This document shows, in pieces, positions 37,214 to 49,400 of a stretch of DNA of 64,000 nt. The notes beneath the pieces were generated by a model. The model was not told the origin of the DNA. It worked only from the letters and a program-made list of their open reading frames with translations, and searched no databases. Position numbers and translations under genes: made by a program. Within the stretch, counting starts at the first letter, position 1. Each line of letters starts with the position of its first letter. The stretch is from assembly GCA_973895155.1 (NCBI GenBank), contig OZ316894.1, forward strand, positions 21,609,867 through 21,673,866. The letters run 5' to 3'. The stretch is from Marsupella aquatica (lineage: Eukaryota > Plantae > Marchantiophyta).

Positions 37214-38030
37214 TTGGTATATACTCTGCTTTAATGAACGACAGAGCATGGATTCAAATTATATTCAAGCTAACATCATTGTCAAATTACTTGCCTACAT
37301 TGCAAACTTGTAAGTGGCCCTTTAAAGATTGAAGAGTCTTCTCCTTAGATTAGACTGAAAACGGTCGAGGGTTGGTTAATTTGCATAGGATATTTCTTGC
37401 AGCACTGCAGGATATCAATTTTCTGAGTTATTTAGATTTGAACCACCACTTCATCCCTCGGCCACCAAGGAAAATCGGTAGGCTAAATGGAGAATGGCTT
37501 CTAGGTTCGTCACTCGTAGGGATAGCAAACGATCACGATTTCAGGTATTCCTGGTTATGTCATCAACATGTTGGCTGTGCTCAACATGAAAGCAGCGACA
37601 GGAGTACATAACCGAAATCCGATTTCATCTTCATTTCAACCAAGGCAGAAATAAGCAAAGGTTACAGCCTTACAGAGAAACAGTTCATGGCAATCTTTCC
37701 TCTTTTTAATTGGAATGCACTATATTGAGCTTTCTCTTAATCGCCACCCTTTTCTTTCTGTTCAATTTTTCTGAAGAAATGGCGCTGAGGGGCATGTTAC
37801 TTCTACTCTACTAAATCCAAAAGACGGTAAAGTAATGGGCTAGAAAGTAGCCAAGGCACGTCTCAAGACAGGAGCAAAGAAATTGCTTCAAGTCATGATG
37901 AACGGAAGAAAACATTAAATTGAAATGAACTTTATTGCCAACAGACAATAAGGCCTGGGGGTGCAGCCGAATATTTATTTATGTTACTCTAGGTAGGACA
38001 AATGTTGCAGTGTAGGGACTACTAGAAAAA

Positions 38031-38138
38031 TGTTAAGGTAAGAATGAGAATGTGTAATCTGGTAATGGTTGTACATATAGTGGTGCCGGTCCGGTGACTG
38101 GTTGGTCCGGTCATCCGGTCACCAGGTAGAGTCTAACA
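38031..38138 (-). repeat. 3' LTR (108 bp)
   Basis: TGTTAAGG...TCTAACA; matches the other LTR apart from 4 substitutions and a 7-bp indel. Confidence 0.92.
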
Positions 38139-38459
38139 CTCCCCTTTGGATATATAGTGATAATTATATAGACAACATAGACTATACATATTATATCATG
38201 TTCATATGAAATACATGATATAAGTACAAGCGAGGTAAACTGCCTCGTTAAAAAACCTTTATCAACTCTAGTTTAGTAAAAACTCTACCAGCATAGCAGA
38301 GACAAATATGAGTGCTAAAGGAAAAAGAGTGCAGCCTAACAGTCCTCGTCGTAATAAATGTCAATATTAAATAAAGTTAGATGTTATGGTAAATCTAGCT
38401 TAATATCTGTCTCAATAGTAGGTCGTCAGCATCATGTCATCAACAGCATCAATCGTCAT

Positions 38460-41400
38460 GTGGAGTAGCAGCTTCCACGGTCATCATGCGTCGCACGCTC
38501 CGCAGTCCAATTGCCTAGCAGTGTCGGTGATGAACTGATGGTGGTAGTGATTTGGTGAAGAGATCTGCATAGTTGTCTGCACTTGAAATCTGCAAAATGT
38601 TGATCTCTTTTCCGTGTAACTCGTGGGTGTAGAAAAACTTCGGAGCTATATGCTTCACGCGATCGCCTTTGATGAATCCTTTCATGATCTGCTATATACA
38701 TGCTGCGTTATCCTCAAAAATGTTAGTAGGCTTCGTTAGTGGTGGTAGCCACATTTGGTGTTGATGTGGTTTATAAAGGATCGTAACCAAACGGCTTCAC
38801 GACTAGCCTCATGTAGAGCTAAGATTTCTTAGTGATTCGATGAGGTTGCTGTTAGGGTCTGTTTCACGCTTTTCCAAGAAAAAGCAGTACCCCCTATGGT
38901 AAAAACATATCCAGTTTGGGATTTTGCGATATCAGTGTCGGAGAGATATCCGGCATCCGCATATCCTATGAGCTCGTGGTTTGCACCGAATGGGTAAAAT
39001 AACCCGGTATCGATGGTTCCACGTAGATATCTAAATACGTGCTTAACTCCATTCCAGTGTCTGGTTGTGGGAGTTGCACTATGTCTAGCTAGTAAGTTAA
39101 CTGCAAATGCAATGTCTGGTCGTGTCTGATTTGCTAGATACATTAATGCTCCTATCGCAGAAAGATACGGAGTTTCTGGTCCTAATAGTGGTTCATGTTC
39201 TTCGCATTTGCGAAAAATATCAGTATTGTTTTCTAATAAACGTACAACCATTGGTGACCTCAATGGGTGTGCTAGGTTCATATTGAACTGTTTTAGGATC
39301 TTTTCAGTTTGTGTGGTTTGATGGAGCATCATGCCAGTAGGTAAGATCTCCAGTTGTAATCCTAAGCAAAAGTTTGTATGTCCAAGGTCTTTCATCTCAA
39401 ATGTTGATTTAAGACGAGTTATAGTATCTTCGGTAATTTGGGGTGTCCCAAATATGTTTAAGTCATCAACATAGATAGAAACGATGACATATTCGTCATC
39501 CATATGTTTAATAAATAAACATGGTGTAATGGCATCATGGGAAAAACCCATGGCAATCATTTCATCGGTAACTTTGATACCATACTCTGCCACTTTGTTT
39601 TAGGCCATATAATGCCTTCAACACGCGGATAGCTAGTCCGCGGCGAGTATTCTGTATGGTTGACACAACGGTGTCGTTATTATGAGTTACATGTGTAGAT
39701 GACACATGAGGTGTAACTTGAGATAATTGTGTTATAATCTTATGTAAATATGGGATATGCAATTTAGCGCCTTGAGCTAAAGCTCGGCGACGTTGTTCCA
39801 ATTCGGGAGGTGATCGCATGTATAGACAAGTGTCTAAAGTTCCATATAGATATGCAGTCGCAACATCCAGTTGTCGCATCTGTAGTTTATGGAAAATGGC
39901 GAATCCGATAAGGTATCGGAATGTTGTGCTATCCATAACCGGTGAGTAAGTTTCATCGTAATGAATTCCTGGTTGTTGGGTAAATCCTTTCCCTACCAAA
40001 CGTGCTTTGTAGCGTACAACTTGGCCTTTATCATTTCTTTTGCGGATGAATGTCCACTTGTAGCCAATGAGGTGTATGTCTTGCAGTGTTGGCTCGACTG
40101 GGTCAAAAGTGTGTCGGCTTAGTAGGGAATCTAATTCTCCATTGATAGCTTTCTGCCATTCAAGCCAATCTGGTCTGTTTTGGCATTCTAAGATGGATAT
40201 TGGTTCTGGTGTCTCGTCTGTGACATGTGTTGCCACCATTGATACAAAAACATCATCTATTGAAGTAGTATTTCTATCCCACATCTCGCCGGTGTGTGTG
40301 TAGTGGATAGAAATCTCCTCATGAGTTGTGGATTCGTTATGATCGACATTAGGTGAAGGTGGTATAGATGAACCATACCTTCTTGGTTGTTTATCCTTTG
40401 ATCCCAAGGGTTTGCCATGTTTGGCATGAGGCTGGGATGTATTTGCTGGCTCACTTGATAATTCGATGCGAGCAGATGCTCTCGCAGCTGGAATATGTAA
40501 GCGGCTAACTTGTGATGTGTCGACAAAAGTGTCGGGGAGATCTTCCACAATCTTGTGGAGTTGCAAAATTCATTGAACTTCTTTCTCCCCTTGATTGATT
40601 CTAAGGTCTTGCCAAAATGGCGAATGTCTTTCCCACTCCAAAGGTGGTTGTGGGTGTTTAGGGGTTATTAATGATGGATAAACATGTTCATCGAAATGGC
40701 AATCTATGAATCTAGATTTAAAGACATCGCCAGTTGTGGGCTCCATATATCGGATTATGGACGGAGAGTCAAATCCGATGTATATTCCCAACTGTCGTTG
40801 GGGTCCCATCTTGGTTCGTTTGGGTGGAGTAATGGGGACCATTACTTGACATCCAAATGAACGAAGATGTGATAGGTCAAGTTTAATACCATTAGCAATT
40901 TGGTATGGGCTATAGGTATTAAAAGCCGATGGGTGATATTGGATTAATGCATTAGCCTGTAATATGGCGTGTCCCCATGCTGAGACTGGGAGTTTCGACT
41001 GCATTAGTAATGGGCGTGCAATTAACTGAAGGTGTTTAATGACCGCTTCAGCTAATCCGTTCTGAAAATGCACGTGAGGTACAGGATATTGTACGTCTAT
41101 GCCAAGTGATGTGCAAAAGTCGTCAAATGTTTCGGATGTGAATTCCCCTGCATTGTCCACCCTGAGTGTCTTAATGGGGTGATTTGGGAATTGTGCTTTC
41201 ATGCGCAAGATTTGCGCCAAAATGCGAGGCATAACCATGTTCCTCGTGGAAAGCAGTGTCACATTTGACCATTTAGTTGATGCGTCGATTAATACCATAA
41301 AGTAGCGGAAAGGTCCACTTGGAGGGTTAATTGGCCCGCAAACATTTGCATGGATGATTTCTAAAAATTGGGGTATTTTAGTTGGCAATTTTGATGCCGT

Positions 41401-43122
41401 GGGCCTTGTTATTAGTTTGCCGCGTGAGCATGCAATGCATGGGGTGCTCGCTGGAATGTGGCGTGTATTGATTGGAATGCCTCTTGAATTCTTAATGATT
41501 TTGGTTAGCATTGATTGGCCAGGGTGGCCGAGGCGTGCATGCCAAAACGCATGCAATTTGCATGTGTTGGCATTGTTATGCAGGCATTCAATATGAGTTA
41601 CATAAAACCCACAAGGGTACGAGAAAATGGTTTCTTTAATGATTTTCCCCGTAGGGGTATTTTTAACCAAGTGTATCACTTCCTGGTCTCTTGTATCGCC
41701 CGTCTGGACATGTAGTCCATTTGCTCGTATATCTCTAAAACTGAGGAGATTACGGGTTGCGTTCGGGGCAAAAATGGCAGATTCTATGTGAATCGCTGTA
41801 CCCTACGGTAGTCTAATGGAAGCTGGGCCGAAGCCTTCTTCTATTTGGCTAGGGCCATTTATAGTGGTCAGGGATCTACGTGAGGGTGTAATCTTGTGGA
41901 AAATGTGTCTATCCCTGAGGATAGTATGCGTGGTCGCACTGTCGATAATACATGTGTTTGGACTATTTAAATCTGGTGTAGTGGAGCTACTTGCCACTAA
42001 GTGTGCTTCGGGTTGGACAGGTATGTCTGAAAAGTCTTGGAATGGGTCACTAGACTCCATGAACGCCCCGTGGGTTTCACGGGGTGGTGGCCTAGAGGTT
42101 TGTCCTTCCTGGATGGACCGTTGGTATAGATCTCTAAGGTGTTGCGGGATTCTACAGTTTCTCGCTAGGTGGTTTGTCATGCCACATTCATGGCATTTCG
42201 GTCGTTCCCGTTGTTGTCGGGATTGTGACCAATTGTTTCCACGGTTGTTGTTATATGTTCTTCCACCATCGCGTTTGCCACGTCCGCCACGTCCTCCTCG
42301 TCCTCCGCGTCCTCCATGTCCTTCTCGTCCACCACGTCCTCCTCATCCTCTAAAGGTCCGTTGGGAGTTATATTGTGGACGTTGGTTATAGAAACTCCCC
42401 CTGTTGTGGGTGTTTCTTCGGTTGTCATTCTTAGTGCGCTTAATGCCTTGCCTCGATGTGGAGGGTTCAGCATTTTCTATGTTATGGATTTCATTCTGTT
42501 GTCCTGAGGGCAATGTGCCCGCAGGGCATTTTCTAGAGTTTACTAAAAGAAGTTCTTGGTTTCTTTTGGTGACTAGGAGGTGGGCTATGAGCTCGGAGTA
42601 TTTCCCGAACTTCATGTTTCGATATTGTGTTGATAGCCACACATTCGATGAATGAAATGTCGACAAGGTCTTCTCTAGCAGATCCTTGTCTGTGACCGGC
42701 TCGCCACATAGTGCGAGGGTTGATGTTATTCTAAAGAGTTTGCTATTGTAGGCTGAAATAGAGGTAAAGTCCTGGACTCGCAGGTTTAGCCAGTCTTGCT
42801 TGGCTTTAGGTAGTTCGACCAGTTTTTGGTGGTCGAATCGGGTTTGGAGCGCTGTCCATAGTTCTCGAGGGGTTGAAAGGTGCATGTATTGTCTCTGTAG
42901 GAATCTATGGATGTGGCGTCTCAGGAATACTAGGGCCTTTGATTCATTGGCTTTAGTTAACGGGTCTGGTTGGGGTTCGCCAGCTAGTATAGGTTGGGCC
43001 ATCCCTATGGCTGGGAGTAGGGTTAGCGAGGTTAGAGTTTCTTTGAGGTTCATGGACCATTCTAGGTAGTTGCCGCCATCGATTTCTAGGGCTGGAAAGG
43101 TTAGTTTCTCGAGGTTGGTCAT
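38460..43122 (-). pseudogene. copia gag-pol, broken by frameshifts and stops
   Basis: Gag 43122..42343; CCHC (CHECGMTNHLARNC); protease IIDSATTHTILRD; integrase HARLGH/CIAC with the first catalytic Asp replaced (HANVCGP); RT YKARLV, LYGLKQSG, YVDD; RNase H GYADAGY. Confidence 0.9.
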
Positions 43123-44550
43123 CTTTAAGGTCCTGGCGTGCAGCGGTGGTGTGCGTGTTTATATAATATATATGTAGTCAAAAGACAATGCACATTTTCC
43201 GCATGCAATGGTGGAGAAAGGGTTGAGGAAAGCAATCTAAGTCATTGGCAAGTAAAGCAAGGATGATTGGGTTTTTGCAGAATTTAGGTTTTGCACTTAG
43301 TAAATTGGTTTTCTTTGTAAATGTATACCTGCAAGGTTTCCTTTGTATTTGCTATTTCCTTTGTTAAACTGTGCAGTTATCTGGTTGTGCACTTAGGTTT
43401 TCAGTTATGGGTGATTATTTAGTCGTGCCCTGGTTAAGTGCACATGGTGCTTTGTTAAGTTAATTTCTCATTGTTACGGTGTGCAATAATGGAGGGTTTA
43501 GCGGTTAAGTGCGGTTATGGAGCGTGCACTTAGCGGGTTTGGCTTGGTTCGACGTTCTCTCGATGTTTTGAGCTTTGAGGTTGCGCTATCTTCCTTGTTT
43601 GCCTCCTCGCGCGACCTTCAGGTGTCGTTTCCACCCGGGGTCTCTATTCTCAGGTGCTTCATCTCGAAATTGGTCCTTTGTCCTTTGGCTTTGTATTCGG
43701 TTCTCTGGTACGCTCCGTCTTTGGTCTCGAGCCCAGCCTTGGGAAGTCAGAAATTTCGAGAATTTCAGAAATGTATGGGCTGTTCTTGCGCTTATTTCCT
43801 TGTGTCCGCTCTCGGCCTTTGCTTTCGGGCTTCTCCTTGCGTTGCCTTCGGTTGTCGTTTCCCTCAGATTTCCTCCCCTAGGGAACTCCAAACTAAGTAA
43901 CCAAAACTCGAGCCGTCTCACTAGTTATGGCTCAGGGGATCTGGTGACGAAATGCTCTTCATATCTTATTTCTATGGGCGATCGTTGTGGGGCCGGGTCG
44001 AAGCCTTGCTATGCTGATTGTCATTTCATCTTCTTCTATTACTTCTCTTTCAACTTCTGGCTTCCCTCGCAAGTCGTCTGCTTCTGTGAGCTCTTCTCTA
44101 TTCTTGATCCTCGTTTGTCTAATTTAATTCATTCTCGCCTTGCTCCTTCGTAAGCTTTTTGTCCTCCGCCTATGAGCAACGATCCAGTTCTCACCTCGTT
44201 TCTCGCCTTCTGGTTCTGCTTCTTCTATCTCCTAGTCCGATTTCGCCTCGACCTTCAACCTTCAATCGATTGCTCCAATCTCCTCCAATCTCTGTAGGCT
44301 TTTCAAAGTTTCTTCGCTTCTTTCCGATCTCTTTTCTTCTCTCTCGATTCTCCTCCAATGAGTCCAGATCGGTGTCCTTATGAATTCTTTGTTTTTCTGC
44401 CCTCGACTCTCTGATCTTGGATCCAATGTCTTTGTGCTCCTTAGATTTTAAAGTCGTCCTCTCGATCCCCCATTCAAAAAAAGATTTCAATCTTCCCTGG
44501 TCTTCTCCTTTCTATCTCGCTCCGCTGGCTGAGGTTTCGTGCTGATAACG

Positions 44551-44665
44551 TGTTAAGGTAAGAATGAGAATCAGTACTGTGTAATCTGGTAATGGTGGTA
44601 CATATAGTGGTGCCGGTCCGGTGACTGGCTGGTCCGGTCGTCCGGTCACCAGGTAGAATCTAACA
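44551..44665 (-). repeat. 5' LTR (115 bp)
   Basis: TGTTAAGG...TCTAACA; directly adjacent to the PBS. Confidence 0.92.
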
Positions 44666-45157
44666 AAAAAAGGATACTCTGAAAGAGCAATCCTAAAATC
44701 TCATGTATTATTGTCTATTGAGTCCTGTCATTCAATGTTTTTTCTTCGTTGTGCACAAAGTTGAAAACAGGAGGGTGTGTGCTTAAGATTTCTCAATGCT
44801 ATCTATGGTAAGCGGAGCCACATAAGTGCAGACTTTGCTTGACATTAGTTGTCTTAGGAAGCATTGTCCAGGGGTAGTGATGTTCCAAATACAAGCTTCA
44901 TAAATAGACCAGCTTTTGTACGAAACCTCATCCCAAAGTGAGTTTCACCATTAACCTCAGATCCCGATTTAGAGCCAAATGTGGGGAAATGTACCAGATT
45001 TTGAGACTTTACAAAGTCTCTATTCATCCTAAACAATGTCCCAGAAATTTGGGTTAGTGATAGTCATCACTGGGCATTGACCCCATGGTGGGTTTTCCTT
45101 GTTTTGCCACAGAAAGTTAGATTGACCAACCAGGGTGAGGTAGTAATGCCGTACTGG

Positions 45158-45850
45158 GGTGGTACTCAAAAACTCAAGCTCATATTTCAGAGTAAAGCAG
45201 TCGGGAATAACATGGTCATTTTTTGGAGTACACAGGAATCATGTTTCTCCAAGACACAGGAAAGTATCAATTTTATATCGTAAAGCCTTTCATGACCTTT
45301 CTCTTTGTATATTTGAGTGCATTAATTCTCCATAATGCACCCCTTTTTTTGAGGAGGGGATTATACAAAACACCATAAATATAGTAAAAGTAAAAATTAA
45401 ATATAGTTTAACCATACACAACAAAATAATTAAATTTAGTCAAGATCTCAAGATGATAACCAAATCTTATATGGTGCGGGATATGGTGATACGAACAAAA
45501 TATTTATGAATAGAATCTAATATAACTCAAGAACATATATTTATGGCCAATTCCATAGCAACCACTTCTTGGATGACCTTTTAACCTGAATTTTCTATTT
45601 TAGGGATTGTTTTTTTTTTTTGTTATTGAAAAGTCACTCAAGTTTTTATGTACATTAATGTCCTAGTTATGGGCATTATATCCCACAATGCCCTCTAACC
45701 AGGACATTATCCTATTCAAAATGCCATGGTACTCAAAAACTCAAACTCATATTTCAGAGTAAAGTACCTAGTCAGGAATAACGTGGTCCTTTTTTGGAGT
45801 ACACGGGAATCATGTTTCTCCAGGACACAGGAAAATATATAATTTTATAT
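45158..45850. repeat. Dispersed direct repeat ~125 bp (~45158-45280 and ~45727-45850)
   Basis: GGTACTCAAAAACTCAA.CTCATATTTCAGAGTAAAG...TTTTGGAGTACAC.GGAATCATGTTTCTCCA.GACACAGGAAA in both copies. Confidence 0.8.
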
Positions 45851-46154
45851 ATCAAAATGCCAAGAAATTAAAATGCCAAGCCTGGAGACATGGTCCCAAA
45901 GAAAAAACAACCCAATAAAGAGAAGGGAAAAAGGCTGCAAGAAGGCCAAAGGATCTACTGTAGTTGGGAAGAGTAAAAATACAAGTCCAAGGAAGGGAAG
46001 GAATAACAAACGATAACTCACCAAAGACAGTAAATGGATCTAATGGGGAAGAGTAAAAATATATGTCCAATGGAGGGAGGAAGAAACGATGACTCACCAA
46101 AGCGGAAGAACATTCATTTAATCCTGTGGGCACCTCTCTGGACCATCTAAGTGG

Positions 46155-46420
46155 TCCAACTGGATAAGAATATTCATAAACAAATTATGTTATTCCTCCG
46201 TCACCGTCCGTCTACAGTCTACAGCGCTCCAACTGGATAAGAATATTCATTAAAAAATTATGTTATTCCGCCCTCACTGTCCGTCTACAGTCTCTACAGC
46301 GCTCCAACTGGATACGAATGTTCATAGAAAATTATGTTATTCCACCGTCGCCGTCCGTCTACAGTTTACACAACGCTCCAACTGGATAAGAATATTCCCG
46401 GATAATTCTGTTCTTTTGCC
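46155..46420. repeat. ~72-bp tandem repeat x4 leading into a GC-rich island
   Basis: TCCAACTGGATAAGAATATTCAT...AATTATGTTATTCC...CCGTCTACAG repeated. Confidence 0.85.
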
Positions 46421-49400
46421 GTCACCGTTGGCGGAGCGTCCGGTACCATACTCTGTCAATTCCCTGCACCGTCGTCGCCGTGCCCGCCGGGATGTTCCCC
46501 ACTCTCCGGCCGCCGGGCCCCCCCCGGCGGGCCACCACCGCCCTTCCACGTCCCCGAAATCCCCCCCCTTGTACTGTACAGAACTGGGAGCCATGCCTTC
46601 TCCCAGCCGCCGGGAAGGGGATCTCAGCCGACGGGCTTCCGCACGAAAATCACGGTCAAAAGCACGGGAACAGTAACGGGAGTGCCGTGTTACCGTGTCG
46701 CTCCGGACTGGGCTGTCGACCACCGCGCTTGCCGACACGCGGCCACGGATGTGATCGTGTGGGCCACAGTGGGGGGGTGGGGGGGGGCGGTTCTGCTGGG
46801 CCTACGGTAGGTCCATCAGCTAAACTCTTCAACGCAGTAGTTGGTTGCTGTGTACCTGGGGCCACAGAACCCGTTACAATGCGCCCCCAGCCCACCCCAC
46901 TCCACCCCCACCCCCCCTCCATTCGTACAAAATAAAGCAAATATCACCTTCAAGGGACCCCTTTTTCAGTTTTTCGTTCAACGGTTCTCTGTTTCTTTTT
47001 CTATTGTAAAAATCGGTGCTTGAAGCATGAAGCTTTATACCAAAAAGACCCAAAAGAGTGATGTAAGAACCAACCTGAGGAAGACAGGTCAGGCAGGTTC
47101 TTGTGCAAAAAGGCGTGTCCCTCAGAATGAGAGATAGACTCTCATAGACTCAAAAGAGACTAAGATCTAAGAGTCTAAGAGCTAAAAGGAGGAAACCTAC
47201 GAATGTTCTAGCAGCTCTCTTTATTTAGTTGCAAGACTACTAAATTTAGGGGCCCTCGTGAATCAGAAAAACACAACAGTTAATATGAATTGGAGGGGAT
47301 ATGCTTGATACACCCCTCCCAGAAAGTTCCCTTGATCACCTCACAAAACATTTTTTACAGACTGGACCCCATCTTAATGAATAGATTTCCGTCCCTGACT
47401 CACCACACCAGGGCGCACTTTCGTGTTGTGGATTTCCATGTTGCACCATAGGCAGTGAGGAGTGAAGGTATGGAATTCCAAGCACTCACTACTGGTTTTG
47501 GAAGACAATATGGAGATTGTCTTCACTCCCACCCCATTAGCAATTTTCTTTATCGAGAGTACTTTTTGCACACGCATGTCATTTGGATGTGGGCAAATGG
47601 CTGACCCTGGTGGTTTTGGCAGACAATATGGAGATTGTCTTTGTGTACACTTAGCATTTTTCTATTACTTTGCTCACCCTTGCCATTCAGGTGAGGTAAT
47701 GGCTGGCACTGGTAGTTTTTGACAACAATATGAAGATTGTCCTCATGTCACAATTTGCATTCATAGCAAGTAATTTTTGCTCACTCATGTTGTTTGGATG
47801 TGGTGTTAAACTCTTGGCAGAACTCACACACACTGTGCAAGCCCTTGCAAAACACAGGCCTAGTGAAAAGCCATGTGGGAACTGGTAAAACCTCAAGCTT
47901 TGCTCTCCCTCCATATAGCATTGCGCAACCCCACATAGACCCCACAATGCCCTCAGGGATGCCCTGGACATTCTTTCTTGTCTTCCGTCCCCCCTGGCCT
48001 CCAAGCACTTGCCCTCCCCAACAACAACATCACTTTCACAATAAAAATATCGATTAATGACAACATTGCCACAGCAACAACCATGCATCCAAATGACACG
48101 TCCGCAATGCCCTGAGTCCCCTGCGTTATTAATAATGGGCCAGATGTGCAAAGAGATGAAGGGTGCAAAAAATCTGATTTGAGATGAATCTTTATAATTG
48201 ACTAAAAAGTATCAAGGGATGGTTTTATGCAACAGACCCTTTCTAACTAATATAGGCTCACATAACTGTCGCCCAAGTTAATGTGTTTCAAGGGGTGATG
48301 TAATATGGATGTGACACATGTCAGGATAGGATTGGTCCATGTGGGCACCCTTTATTGGAACATGTGTAACTATGTGATATAAGTTTGTAAGATATGACAT
48401 CTATGATTCCGAAGAATTTTTCACGTTTAGGGCTTTGGGAAGTTTTTCTCCTTAGGTCCAAAGTTGAAGTTTGGGTTTATATATACACCCAAAACCCTCC
48501 CAAAACCCTCCCGTCAGTTTTGGAACCGTCCGCACACTGATGACTTTATAACTTTTCAAGGCTTTTATAAATGGTGTAAAGTGTGAAATTATAATATCTC
48601 AAACTAAGGGGCAGGAGATAAGGAGAAATTTAAAAATAATAAGGGGTACTAGGGAGGGGGTACACACATATACCCTGTTAATTTACAAAGGCTGGGGCCC
48701 AGGGCTGCAAAGATAACATACAGATTACGGGACATGAATAACAATATAATCATCTGCAACAATCACATGGCCGCTATGACATTCCAGTTGAAACAACAAT
48801 TGACATTCAGAAACCATGACACAATTGCAGTAGCAACCCATCCACAAGCACAACACAACTGCAACGATAAATGTGCAATACATGGACACAAGGCTCAAAA
48901 GTTCACCTTGCCTCCTTGAGACTTCTTTTCATCAATGACTTTCTCCCAGCATCTCTTGCACAACAACATTTTTTTGTGTAATAACATCTTTTCTGTGCAT
49001 CAACAATTTTTGCAAAATGACATATTTTGTGCAGTGCATAGGTATTGTCTTGCTTATGAGACATGGGCGCAATGACCACATGGTTGCGATGACCTCAACA
49101 ATGTCATGCAATGAATACCCTGAGAATGGGCACTGGGCTATCAAACAAATGGCCCCACATTAATTGTATTTCCAACATCTTACTTATTATGTCTACATTG
49201 GGAGGATTCATTTCAATACTTTGAATATTTTCCAGCACACTAAACTTGCACACCTGATAACAAGGCCACAATGACATGACTACAATCCTTGCCTCACTTG
49301 CATTTCCTTGCCTCTCCTGGATTTCTTTGCCTCTCCTTGATCAATATTGTTGCCTTGCCTCAACATATTTTCCTCTTGTCAACTTCTTTGCCTAGCCTCA

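Larger units (their letters stand above)
38031..44665 (-). mobile_element. Full-length degenerate Ty1/copia LTR retrotransposon, Bianca-like
   Basis: LTRs 38031..38138 and 44551..44665 (TG...CA); TSD AAAAA; PBS CGTTATCAGCACG; PPT TCCAAAGGGGAG; gag-PR-IN-RT-RH order. Confidence 0.93.

Noticed and set aside
43517-44490. ORFs of 100-190 aa in the copia leader
   Set aside because: Low-complexity composition, no env-like or other domain recognised.
46260-46940. Overlapping Pro/Arg/Gly-rich ORFs on both strands
   Set aside because: Expected artefact of high GC content; no domain signal.
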